Source of the DNA: Lingula anatina | Taxonomy: Eukaryota; Animalia; Brachiopoda | Direction: 5' to 3' | DNA: 64,000 nucleotides | Assembly (NCBI GenBank): GCA_051362555.1 | Contig: CM120647.1 | Coordinates: 9,300,001 to 9,364,000, forward strand | Shown: in pieces, positions 1-11,444 of the stretch | Numbering within the stretch: the first letter of the stretch is position 1 | How the letters are laid out: each line of letters opens with the position of its first letter | Notes under the pieces: model-generated | Told to the model about the DNA's origin: nothing | The model's database searches: none | The model's input: only the letters and a program-made list of their open reading frames with translations | Program-made: the position numbers and the translations under genes

Positions 1-4
1 CCAG

Positions 5-66
5 ACAACCACTGCTGAACAAGAGGGTTCAACAACATAAAAATAGTACAACACAGGATGGTCAAG
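5..66 (+). CDS. CAMSAP: CAMSAP exon (QPLLNKRVQQ...)
   Basis: ccag| acceptor, |gtatag donor, phase 2->1, joins in frame to 405. Confidence 0.7.
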
Positions 67-3000
67 GTATAGGGATGATATTTTTTTTTTTTTAATTATT
101 ATTATTATTATCATTTGATTGAAGAACAAAATTAGATTTTAATTTGCCTCCCCTTCTTTCTCTCTCTCTTGTTGTTTCTCTCTCTTTCTCTTGTTTAATG
201 ACTGTAAATATATTCATTTACATTTTATTCATCAATTTTGCATAATGTTCATTTTTACTAAGTTCTTGCCATGGGTACTATTGAAAAACTAAGCAGAACT
301 GAGTTAAAACGACTCTCATTTAAATTTGACTTTGATGTGTTGGTTTAATTGCCTTTAAACCTTTAATGACTTAGTACAAGAATGCAATAAATGCTGTATT
401 TCAGATGATGTAACGAGGAAATCTAACTCTCTGAACTCGGCAGAGGAGAGAGACCTGATCACTCAGTCAGTTCTGGCCTGGCAGGAGAGGAATCAAGCTG
501 AGATGCAAAGGTATGGAGACCTAAATGCTTAAAAACTAGTTGACATCAAGTGGTATTCTAAACTGGTACAGTATGTGCGGATACTCTTATACGGTTCTAA
601 CATGTAAATATGCTACATGGTTTACAGCCTTTCACATGTTATCCACAGGTTTGATGTGCGGACTACGTTTGGTGGGTGGATGTGGGGGTGGGGTGGAGAG
701 CTATCAACTTATAGCCAGTCTTTTGTGTTGCCAATAAATGAACAGATACAGACAGTATCAGTTAAGCATACCAATGTAAAAAGGAAATAATATAATGTCC
801 AAGCAGTTTTTGTAGGATTGATGAAACCCTTATCCAAGTGTCATAAAAAGCAACAAAGATGTAATCAGTTTCTATAGATATTGAAATTGATTGACTTTGA
901 CCTGGTATTTCCAGGCTGGGTCATTCCACCAAGGACAGCCAGGGCAGTTCTCTACTGGCCAATGTCAGCATCGACACAGACATCAGCGCCAGTTTTGACC
1001 AGTCACGAGATCTGGAGGATAAACCACCCAATATAGGTAAGTCTTCCACAAAATTAGTTCACCCAATATAGGTAAGAAAGGAGTTGTTAAAGTCAGTGTT
1101 TTGGTTATGATCTGGATAATATATCACCTTATATAACTAAAAGACTCCTGTAATAGAAATTATTTTAAAAAATATATTCATTTGGAAGCATGTTGGTACA
1201 AATATCATTTGCGTTGTTGATCAGTTATGAGATACTGTTATCTGTACAAAATAAACCAGCCAATACAGATAAGATTTGTAGTCATGTCATATATTTATAA
1301 TCTATTTTGAATTATGAAAATATTAACATTTCATATTAAACACCCATCTTTAACTCAAGTTTTCAATGAAAAATATTAAAGTGGGAAGATCTTAGCATCA
1401 TGTTATCAGTGAGTAATGCATGTCATGTTTTTGGTTTCAGGTTATGTCAAGCCACGTGATGCTGTCTTTGTTCCACCGGAACATCCCCATTCCCAACACC
1501 ATGGCAACGCCAACGACATGGAGGTACAAAGTGTGTCATCCTCGCGACAGAATTCAGCTCGTAGCTCTTCCTCCAGAACACAAGAGCCTCTTGTACCAGC
1601 GCGGCTTAAGTTGTCAAAGGAGACGACCGCCAATGGCTTGAGTAAGGATATAGAAAGTGGGGAAGCTTTAGATAGACATGACGGCGGCTTCGGCAACACA
1701 CATCTAGCCAGAGCTGTACCTGGATTCGATAGTGATATGACTGATTCTGAGGATGAGGAATTTGTCACCCCTGATGACAACGATGGCCCTCCTATTGAAG
1801 AACCTGGCAACCAGTCAGATTTGGCAAAGTACTTCGAGGATTTTACAGAACCATCTTCATCCTCTGTCAAAAAGACACCTCGCCTGTTGTCATCCACGCC
1901 GCTGAAGCGTGGGCCAGTAGGAGAGAGCTATACTGTTATACCTAGCTCTGCAGAAATGGCGAGGTCCTCTGGGATACCTGTTTTAGATAGCTCCTTTCAT
2001 AATGGCGACTCGGATAGCCATAGCGACATTATCTCTTCAGAGAACTCAGATCATGAACTGCATAAACTTCAGCAAGACCAGAACTTTAAAGAAAGTCAAA
2101 ATGGCGATCAGTATAGTCAAGCTAGACAGCAAGACAACATGGTGTCAAGGCCAGACTCGTTGCTTGTTCCAAAACCTATTCGCCTGGATGGTTCTGCAGC
2201 TGTGAGTAAAAGCATGCCTCCTTCTGCAGTGGAAGGCAAAACGAAAGAGAGTCCGACGACAAGTTTTGCAGAAATTAAAAAACTTCGTGAGAGTCTTGGC
2301 CCTATGGTTTACATGCAGTCGGAACAGGAGCAGCGAGGGGGAAAAGAACCCAAATCGGCCATGAGAGAGGAATCTCATCACAACAAGGAGAAAAAGGCGA
2401 CTTCCTTCACTCTGCCTAATCTCACTACTTGGCAAAAGGTGGCAAAGCAGCAGCATTCTCAGCAGACTCAGCCAGAAGATGGCGCCACTTCCACCACCCA
2501 GGGTGAAGATTCAGGGCGCCTGGCAACAGACCTGTTGGATATTCGCTTCCGCCTGGAACAAAAGCGGCGCACCATGGAAGCTGAAAAGAAGCGAAAGGAG
2601 GCCGAGCGACAAAAGGAGCTTGATCAAATCAGCAAGGCTGCTTTTCTAAAAGTTTTAAACAAAGGGCATGGTGAAGACGACTCTAAGAAGCCAATGAACG
2701 TTCAGATTAAGGCTTTGAAAAGTGAGCCTCAATTGGCCAAGACCGGTTTATCTGCCAAGGATGGCACAAAATCCTCCATGAATTTAGTCACCAGAGGGCG
2801 TAGCACATCGTCTTCCTCGGACGATGATAAAGGACCGAGAACTTTCTCAAGGGAAAATATCCAGCAGAAAATTGATGGAGTAAAACAGAGATGGTTCAAG
2901 GAAGAAGATGTACAGGTCAGGCCGGGGATATCTCAAGGTCAAAGGTCATATGAAGGCTCAAGGTCACATGAGGGCTCACCTCGCCCCACTGAGTCACCTC

Positions 3001-6000
3001 CCAGGGCCTACTCTGGTCCATCCACACCAAGGGACGGAGTAGATGCTGGTCACTCCCACGACCAGGGCCAGTACAACACATCTCTGAATAAACTCAATAA
3101 AAGCCTGACTGATTTACAAGGCGAGATTAAGAGATTGTCCTTGCAGCAGGAGCATATTAAGAATCTTGCCTTGGAGACCAAAAATGTGTCTCCGAGGTCA
3201 ACGGAGATGTCAAGTGCGTCACCGCGGGAGGTGGCACCTTCTAGTGCGCAGGCGTCACCGCGACGAGAGTGGGGACATCAGAAGGAGGCCACAGTACCCA
3301 TGTCTGGGCTAGCTGGTGCTTCGCAGCGATCTCATGCTCAGAGCACATACTTTCTGCATGATAAACCAATAGGCCCGCTAACAGCCTTGAGTAAGAGTTT
3401 CCAGTCCACACCATCACTGCATCAGGACGGAGATGTTAGACCAATGGCGGGAAGTGAACAGCTGAGTCAAGGAACGACTGCGTCTTCTCAGCAGGTCTAT
3501 GGTAGCAGAGAGCAAGGTGGGGTTCAAATACATGATCCAACAATGTATGCTCAGCTGTACCAGGCGGGAGATCCTGGTGCGGTTGCAGCAGGAATGCCAC
3601 CTGGTGGACACCAGGGTGCGCCACTTCATCCACATGGCCAATACCAGCCACAACCACAGCAACAGCCATTTATGCTACACAGTGCAACAGGGGTTCCGTA
3701 TCAAGTCCCAGGGGCAGTATCTTCCATATCCACTGGTCACTTTATACCACCAGTTACTGGTCAGCCTGGTCAGTCCACAATGGCCACAGGTCATCCCATT
3801 ATGGCCACTGGACAACACCCGGGGTTCACTGGTCACTACCATGGGTTACCACACTCTGTCGGGACCCAGGGGCAGTACCCCCCTCTACATGCCCCTCAGT
3901 ACCCTGCCGGGATAACCCAACCCTCCCGCCCCCCAGCTGGGGTGTATCCCCCAGGGACGCAGTTCCCCATGGGACAGTATGTGCAGCACCCTGGGTACCC
4001 TCCCCCTGCCTCTGCAGCCATGAGTCCACAGATGGCGCCACCATACAGTGTGAGTTCACCACAAGGTGGCGTTGTACAGCAACATGGGATGTCGCCAGTG
4101 AGCCAGCACCAGGGTGATACACAGGGCATGGGGAGTACATATCAGGTATTGGATGATGATTGAATTATTTCAGTTTTTATTTGTTACTTAATTTGTATAT
4201 TTTTAATTGTAATATTTAGCGGTTGATAATACTCACCACATTGACTGAAGATTTAACACACAATGATATCCACATACCAAAACCAACTTTCTGTTTTTCT
4301 ATTTCCAGTCCCAGCACCCTGAGCATCCTATGTCACCACCACAGCAACCAGACAGGACCCCTCAGCCACCACAGCATATACCATCCCCAGGGTATCAGCA
4401 GCCCCAGGACTCCCAGGGTGTAAGCAGCACATATCAGCTACAGCAGGAACTGGCCACAACATTCACCGTGACCACCCAGGCGCCGTACTCCACAGCGCCA
4501 CCTACTGGTGTCACTGGGCAGTATGGTGGGGTGTCTGAGGCGCCGGTGACTAGTGCGCCAGTGGTGACGGCCCCCTATGATGACAAGCTGGGAGATGGTG
4601 ATGGAAGTGGTGATCATGATGTTGATACCGGCGGTGGCGAAGATCTGCCCCAAGCTCAGGGGTTCTTTGTGACATTTGCTGATGATACGCCGAAGAAACC
4701 CAAGAAAAAAACACCAAAGGCTAAGAAAGTAAGTTATTGTGAAAATGACATGATTTTTGTTGCAAATAAGATCATTGTCAGTCTTGGCTCGAGAATAAAA
4801 TGCTGTATTATCCAAAAAAAAAAAAAGGGTCAGTTTATGATTTCCTAGTAGAATATTAAATCTGACACGGCATATTGTATTATGGAAAGCTATATATGTA
4901 GATTTTGTATCTTTGATGTGATAATACCAAGGTAGAAAAAGAAATAATGGACCCAGACATTAGTGTGTTGGAAAATTCTTCAAAATGGAGAGGTGAAAAT
5001 GAAATAAATAATTCATTCTTCTATGTTAGGAGACTGAGAAGAAAAGCAAGGCTTCAGTCACGGCCTCTCCAGCACCATCTTCCAACTCGCTGGGGAGTTT
5101 TATGGCGGCCACGAAGACGGTGTCACCTGGGCTCGGGTTTGTGATCGAGGACAAAAGCATGTCAGATACTGTGAGTTGATATTAAGATATGGCTTTGAAT
5201 GCTATATTTTCTGACTTTTGACTTTGTGACCTATTTTTTTTTTTTTTTTTTTTTTTTTATGAAGTTCCATAATAAGTCGTTTTCATTTATACTCTCCTTA
5301 AGAAATACTCCTATTTGTTTGAAATATCTGATCATAAAATTTGTTGTTAATCTTGTTCTTAACCATTTTATCAAAAATCTCTATTTATTGTTTTGTGTGT
5401 TTATGTATTTGGTTATTATACTTTCAGAGTTTTGAACAGAAGAAGCAAGAGAAATTTGAGCAGTTGCTACAAAAACGGCAAGAGGAAGCAGAAAAGAAAC
5501 GACGGAAACTAGAAATAGAAAATGCAAAGAAAAGTGAAAACCAGAGGTATGTAGCTATGACCTGTAAGACTTTGCACAGCAACTAGACATTTTATTCTGA
5601 AGATTTTTTGTTGTAAATAGCCAAGGTTAACTATTTCAAATATTTTCCCAGATCTATTTCATAGCAGTAGGCTTTTTGCATGTAAATCGATAACCTTTCT
5701 ACATAAAGTTACAATCAGTCTCCTAGGTTTTTCCATAATAGAGAATGCCATATTTTACATACATACAGAACACAAAAGTTCCATACTGTATTGCAGATTG
5801 AAGCAGTTGGAAGCCGAGCAGAAAAAATTAGAGGAAAAGATGAGGCGCGATAAGATCTACCAGCAGTATATCCAGAAGAAAAAAGAGGCAGAAGACAGCG
5901 CAGCTTACGGCGGTTCGTCACAAGGGGGAGAGAAGAAGTCTACGAACAGCAAGAGCAAGTCTTCCAAGACGAAGCCTGCCCCAGTTCAAGATGACTTTAA

Positions 6001-9000
6001 GTCGGCCACCTCTACTGCTCTGTCTGGAGGTAGGGAGCGTATTGAGTTAGACATTACAGAGTTCAAGACTGTAGAGCAATATAAGATAATAATAGTAATA
6101 AATTATAATAATCCCTACTTGTGTGTCACATTTGTTGCAGATTTGGCACATTCTCAAGCAGTTAAACAGATTTTACTCCACTAAAACTGGTTAAAAACTT
6201 TATCATTCCATAATGTTGAATACTATTTACCTGTTCTAGGTATAGTTTTTGCACAGGTGTTATTTTAGATTTAAATAGATTTATTTTTGATCTTATACTT
6301 TAGGTATTGGTCCTATGTTAAATACAACTCCTTCCCACACCAAGTGGGCAACTCTGCTCTGACAATATATATATGGATATAAAGAGATATAAAGTATATG
6401 TTATATATTAGGTATAGGCTCCATGTTAAACAACTACTACCCAGACCAACCAGACTCTGCGGCACCCCCCACCTCCACTGGGTACAGTCTAAACCTGGGC
6501 AGTGTCACTCACAGGAGACCCACTAGTCCTGCTCAGCAAGGTATGGCAGGTATATTTATGTTTAATATAAGTATAACTATTTATGATTAAGGGTAAGTAT
6601 ATTTTGTTTAAAAACTACCAAGAAGATCCAATGGGTGAATTATACAGTAAAGGCCAGTTGTACACTGTGGACTCTGCAAGGCTTGTGACCTTATGAATAT
6701 TATTTTTAAATTATTTATCTTGGACGAATACTGTTGATATATTTTATTGTTTATATTAGCTGAAACTTATTTACTTTGTTAAGTTTAGTCTTAGTGTAAC
6801 TTGAAAGAAATTTTCAGTCCAAACTTCCCAACCAATGAGGGGACTACATAATTTACAAAATTGTATAATCAAATTGTTGTTGAGTCACTTTATATAATGT
6901 AGCTGTGCTTTCATGCTTGCTTAATCATATGGCTAAGCTTGAAACTAAAAAAAAAATTTTTCAGAACAAAATCCATTTGTTAAAATTTTGCTAAGTTTCT
7001 ATATATTAAGAATAAAATGATTAATGGCAAAAACATCGCATAATATTGCTTGGCTAGCTTTAGTGAAAAAAATTGAAGCCAGAAAATGTGCTTCATTGTC
7101 AAGTAGTTATTGCAAACATTTATCAATGATTGGAACCCATGCTTAGTAGTGATAGTATTATTGCTTTGCTTGACATAGAAAATGGTCACCAGATGGCACT
7201 GACACACAGGAAAGGCCCAAGTCCTAGTCTAAGGGGAAGTCACAGTGAAAACGGAAGTGAAAACGGACACCATGGAGAGTATTCAGGTGTGGTGAGAAAT
7301 ATTCAAATTTGAAAAAAAAGAAATCTCACAATATTCTATTGGCATGAAGACAATAAATGAAATCACAGCACCTGAATGTTAGAGCAGTGCTTTAAGCTTG
7401 ATAAACAATTTGCCTAAAACTTAAAAGGTGGACTGAAATCAGACTTCTAACTGGCAAACATGTTTTAGCTGGCTAACACACATTTTAGCTGGCTAACACA
7501 TAAGTTAAGCTGGCTAACACATAAGATTAGTTGGCTAACACATATTTTTAGCTGGCTAAAATACAATTTTAGCTGGCTAACACATAAGTTAAGCTGGCTA
7601 ACACATAAGATTAGTTGGCTAACACATAATTTTAGCTGGCTAACACACAAGCTGCCCACCTAGGGTGCACAAATCATAGGCCTTGCAAACAACAAACCTA
7701 GTCTGCTGTAAAGTGGAGACATTTTATTAGATTATAATTCTTAATTTTAGAATTATTTGTTAAGTTTGTTTTTGATATTTCAGGACCTAAATTATTCGTG
7801 AAACCTAGTTCCAAATCCAATAAACACATAGTTCACAATGCCATTAAAGATAGCTGTCTGGCTGGGATACCCAACACTGAGATAAGAAATAAAGTTTTGG
7901 AGGTAAGATACAGTGTCTCAAGTTCTTCAGCTATATCATTGTTTTAAATGCACAGATTAATTATCAAACAATGCAGCAACAGCTCCAAGGACCAATAAGA
8001 AAAAGCTTTTCTAAGTTAGTATGTTATTGTAATCCTCATTACGATCACAATTTCCAAGCTGAATATTTTAAATTGTTAATTTTTTTTCACAGGAATTAGA
8101 GATGTTGTTCCCAGACATTAACAATTATTTCCAAATTATATTTTAATGATTTATATCACCAGGAATTAGAGATGTCTGATGCCAAACACTTCCTGATTCT
8201 GTTCCGAGATGCCCAGCAGCAGTACCGTGCACTGTATACATTCCAACCAGAGAGAGAACTGGTGCTGAAACTGACTGGGACTGGCCCCAAGCAGATCACC
8301 AGCAAAATGATGGACAGGTTTTACAAGTAAGTACAGAGAGAAGGATTGAGAGAGAGAGAGAGAGAGAAATTTTGTTCTGAGATTGGTTGAAAAGAAGTGA
8401 ATCGGTATTTGGATATATTGTTAGTCCAGTACCTGATTAAAACTTGTCAACCTGTATATGTTGAGTGGATACGATAGACTCGATTGTTTCAATGGGCAAC
8501 ATAATTTTAAATAATTTCAACTTATATTCCATTTTGCATTTTTAGTGCTTCAGTTGTATACAATAGAAACATAGGGTAGCCTGCTTTTCAATTTTGTTGT
8601 AAACACTCAACGAGAATGTTCAATTTTTAAGAATTGATTACTTAAAAAATACAGTATCTGTAAAATTCTCAAGTTTCCTCAATTAAAAGATCGATTCATC
8701 ATCATATACACTTGATGTAGTTTGTTAAGTTATCATTACCTTTCACCTTGATCAAATCTATTCCAGGTATAATTCAGGAGGCAAGAACTAACTAAGTTTA
8801 GCTGTCTAACACAGAAGTTCAAGCTGGCTAAAACATGAGTTTAATCTTGCTAACACATAAGTTTAGTTGGCTAACACACAAATTGATTTAAAAAGCATGT
8901 TTTACCTTTGTTAAATGTATTTCAGGTATAATTCAGGAGGCAAGAAATTTGCCCAGGTCACCAGTACCAAGCACCTGTCTGTCTCCATAGATGCCATCAC

Positions 9001-9070
9001 CATACAGAACTCTCTGTGGACGACCAAAAAATCCACCACAGCCAAGAAACCTTCTCAACCCATGTACTAA
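5..9070 (+). CDS. CAMSAP: CAMSAP/Patronin (microtubule minus-end binding protein), 5'-partial; join(5..66,405..510,915..1036,1441..4145,4309..4728,5030..5170,5428..5546,5797..6029,6412..6540,7179..7286,7784..7902,8163..8326,8926..9070)
   Basis: All introns are GT-AG with compatible phases. Motifs: CC1 (LATDLLDIRFRLEQKRRTMEAEKKR...KAAFLKVL), CC2 (LNKLNKSLTDLQGEIKRLSLQQE), GLGFVIED, CC3 (EEKMRRDKIYQQYIQKK) and the C-terminal CKK domain (EYSGPKLFVKPSSKSNKHIVHNAI..CLAG..HFLILFRD..YRALY..GTGPKQIT..FYKYNSGGKKF..LSVSIDAITI..LW). The CH-domain exons lie upstream of the window. Confidence 0.93.
405..510 (+). CDS. CAMSAP: CAMSAP exon (RKSNSL...VLAWQER)
   Basis: tttcag| and |gtatgg, phase 1->2; resembles the CAMSAP RSNSL...AW motif. 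Confidence 0.8.
915..1036 (+). CDS. CAMSAP: CAMSAP exon (SKDSQGSSLLANVSID-like: TKDSQGSSLLANVSIDTD)
   Basis: ttccag| and |gtaagt, phase 2->1, open frame. Confidence 0.8.
1441..4145 (+). CDS. CAMSAP: CAMSAP large central exon (CC1, CC2, P/Q/G/Y-rich region)
   Basis: Lies inside the 915-aa ORF; tttcag| at 1440, CAG|gtattg at 4145. Confidence 0.92.
4309..4728 (+). CDS. CAMSAP: CAMSAP exon (...QGFFVTFADDTPKKPKKK)
   Basis: tttccag| and |gtaagt, phase 0->0; GFFV(S/T)F motif is Patronin-like. Confidence 0.85.
5030..5170 (+). CDS. CAMSAP: CAMSAP exon (...PGLGFVIEDKS)
   Basis: gttag| and |gtgagt, 47 codons, phase 0->0. Confidence 0.85.
5428..5546 (+). CDS. CAMSAP: CAMSAP exon, CC3 start
   Basis: tttcag| and |gtatgt; E/K/R-rich coiled coil. 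Confidence 0.88.
5797..6029 (+). CDS. CAMSAP: CAMSAP exon, CC3 end
   Basis: ttgcag| and |gtaggg; EEKMRRDKIYQQYIQKK. Confidence 0.88.
6412..6540 (+). CDS. CAMSAP: CAMSAP exon (GIGSMLNNYYP...HRRPTSP); alternative in-frame donor at 6549
   Basis: ttag| and |gtatgg (or cag|gtatat at 6549), phase 1->1, open frame. Confidence 0.72.
7179..7286 (+). CDS. CAMSAP: CAMSAP exon (...ENGHHGEYS)
   Basis: catag| and |gtgtgg; EYSG joins to PKLF of the CKK domain. Confidence 0.82.
7446..7740. repeat. Dispersed repeat with an internal ~21-bp tandem array (TTAGCTGGCTAACACATAAG-like) and a conserved 3' flank
   Basis: About 9 tandem units, then CCTAGGGTGCACAAATC..TTGCAAACAA; the same arrangement recurs at 9117-9340. 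Confidence 0.85.
7784..7902 (+). CDS. CAMSAP: CAMSAP CKK exon 1
   Basis: GPKLFVKPSSKSNKHIVHNAIKDSCLAG; tttcag| and |gtaaga. Confidence 0.93.
8163..8326 (+). CDS. CAMSAP: CAMSAP CKK exon 2
   Basis: ELEMSDAKHFLILFRDAQQQYRALY...GTGPKQIT...FYK; |gtaagt. Confidence 0.93.
8795..8882. repeat. Partial copy (about 4 units) of the same 21-bp array
   Basis: AAGCTGGCTAAAACATGAG / TTAGTTGGCTAACACAC units. Confidence 0.75.
8926..9070 (+). CDS. CAMSAP: CAMSAP CKK exon 3 (terminal, TAA at 9068-9070)
   Basis: YNSGGKKFAQVTSTKHLSVSIDAITIQNSLW...PMY*. Confidence 0.92.
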
Positions 9071-9116
9071 AAAGACCCCTTCAAGCTATGTACTGAAAAA
9101 AATGGTCATATTCCCA

Positions 9117-9340
9117 TGTTTAGCTGGCTAACACACAAGTTTTAGCTTGCTAAAGCACAAGTTGTAGTTGGCTAAAACACAAATTTTAGTAGGCAAACAC
9201 ATAAGTTAAGCTAGCTATGAAATAAGCTTAGCTGGCTAACACTCAAGCCGCTCAACCTGGGGTGCGCAAATCCTTGGCTTTGCAAACAAGAAAAATGATT
9301 CTGGTAATATGCAGTGGAAAGATTCATTTATATTATTAGT
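9117..9340. repeat. Second copy of the 21-bp-array element, in the CAMSAP 3' UTR
   Basis: About 6 units followed by CCTGGGGTGCGCAAATCC..TTGCAAACAA. Confidence 0.82.
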
Positions 9341-9754
9341 TTTAATTGACATTGTAGAATTATGAATCATTTTTGTGTCTGATAATTCAGACATCCACAA
9401 AGATTGTTTGGGGGGAGGTGATATCCGTAGTTCAGTTTTGGGGTCCTGAATACTATACTGTACTTTTTAGAGTGATCTTCCTTGATTTGGGGACTATGAA
9501 CAGATGGTATTGTCATGTGGCAAAGTATGGGTCACTTTTGGAGATAGTATGGACAAGCGTTTTCACGGTGACTGTTTAAAGTAATTATGTTATTAAATAA
9601 AAAGGAGCACCAAAGCTATAAGAGTGCTCTGCAACAAGTTTTTGAAAAACTTGTGAAATATCTATACTTATAAACAAGAAAGGATGTGACTGTGAGTCGT
9701 TTAACCCTATATGTAATGATATCTTATTCTACATGTCTTTGTACTTTGTTTCAG

Positions 9755-9960
9755 TGTTCTGGCACAGCGAGATATGTTCTGGCATATTGAGGTGTGTTCT
9801 GGCATATCGAGATATGTTCTGGCATATTGAGATATGTTCTGGCATATCGAGATATGTTCTGGCATATCGAGAGATATGTTCTGGCATATTGAGATATGTT
9901 CTGGTATATTGAGATATGTTCTGGCATATTGAGATGCGTTTTGGCATATTGAGATATGTA
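9755..9960. repeat. 20-bp minisatellite (GAGATATGTTCTGGCATATT) x ~10
   Basis: Head-to-tail near-identical units with no spacers. Confidence 0.92.
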
Positions 9961-11367
9961 TGTTCCAGCTTAAAATGCCCTTTTCTGTGGATGTATTACC
10001 AGTGTACTGATACACTTAGGGATGTGCTTATAAATAGGATTGTATGATTCTAGGCAATTTTATTCTAGACTAATAAAGTCATATTCCTAAATAATAATAA
10101 CATAATGTAAGATGCGTATGGTGTGAAAAAGTGCCAAGGTTTTTGACAATGAGTAGGGTAATGTCAATAAAAGCAGTCACGTAAAAATCAATAGAGGCAG
10201 AAAGTTAGCACTAGATGATGAGCTTTGGTAGTGGCACAGGAAATGCTGAAAAAAAGAAAAAAAAACTTTTTTCTTGATGCTTCATGGTAATGCTTTGTAA
10301 CTTTGCTATGGAGTCATGTAATATATGTATATGGTGTACTATTATATTATTATTATTATTATGCTATCTTGTACAAATGTAAATCTTTTGATGTAAGCAG
10401 CTGTAATGCTCATATGGTGTAATCTTATTCATTTTTATTAGCATTATTTAACTGCTTCAGATATTGAACTTCTTCAAAAACAGTATCTCTTGATAAGTTG
10501 ATGACTTGAGAAAGAGTCTCTTTGTGTTATTATCGCTAAGTTTTTAATCTTTTGGGTAAAAATATGTGACCTGATGGAAATCAGTAATCTGCAAAGTTGA
10601 GACGAGAAGGGGGGGGGGGGGCAGGAAAAGAACTTCTTTATATAAGGCAGTAATATAAAAGAGCCATGTAAAGCAAAAGGAAGATTTCTAGCATGATATA
10701 CAATAGTGAAAATCTATTCTTGTCTTGCAGAACTTTCACCCAGATTATTGTCAAGTTTCTTTCTCTTTGGTCATTACATAACATTTTATGATAATTTGTA
10801 GTGATACATATCATCTTCAGGATGCTTTTTGATGAATGTTTTTTTATTTCAAGAAGAAGGGAAAGGAAGGACATACACACCTGTGACATTTTCATGAATC
10901 ATGATTTGTTGAAAGGCATTGGTATAGGGGTAAAAGGTTATAAAAGCTTAAGTACTTAAGTGATTTATTAATAATTGGTACACTTTGACCTACTTAACAA
11001 TGAAAGAACAGCATTTTCACATGACCTACTTATCGTAATGTAGGTTAACTAAGGTAGCTTTAGTACACGAAATTGGTTTATGTCATCAAATACTGAAAAT
11101 AACGTGAAAATGTGAGTTATAACTACGAAGTAAGATTTCAGAAATGATAGTAATGCAAGTTGTGAAGTAAGTATTTTGCAAAAAAAATATCAAGATCTGA
11201 TATGCAAGATTCGATACATTATCGAGAGGATTATGCTGCAGTCAAGTGATATGCATGTAGATGTATATTTATTTTGCATCAGGTATTCATTAATTTTCAT
11301 ATCTGTTCATATTCCGTGTAAAAGAAAACAGTTGTGGATGTAGGGAATGTGTACTCGGTTATATGAT

Positions 11368-11406
11368 ATTAAATTTCATAAGTGTATGTGTTGTTGGCTT
11401 TGTTTT

Positions 11407-11410
<4 letters not shown>
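11368..11410 (+). terminator. Candidate CAMSAP polyadenylation signal (ATTAAA plus GT-rich downstream element)
   Basis: ATTAAA at 11368-11373 followed by GTGTATGTGTTGTTGGCTTTGTTTTT; coincides with the rise in CpG density. Confidence 0.4.

Positions 11411-11441
<31 letters not shown>
11409..11441. repeat. (CT)n microsatellite
   Basis: Seen directly. Confidence 0.9.

Positions 11442-11444
<3 letters not shown>

Noticed and set aside
1420-4815. Several overlapping antisense and alternate-frame ORFs
   Set aside because: Shadows of the GC-richer CAMSAP exons with no recognisable motifs.
9755-9960. CRISPR-like array, and ORFs 9707-10015 and 9729-9947
   Set aside because: Contiguous 20-bp units without unique spacers in a eukaryotic UTR; the ORFs are translations of the repeat.
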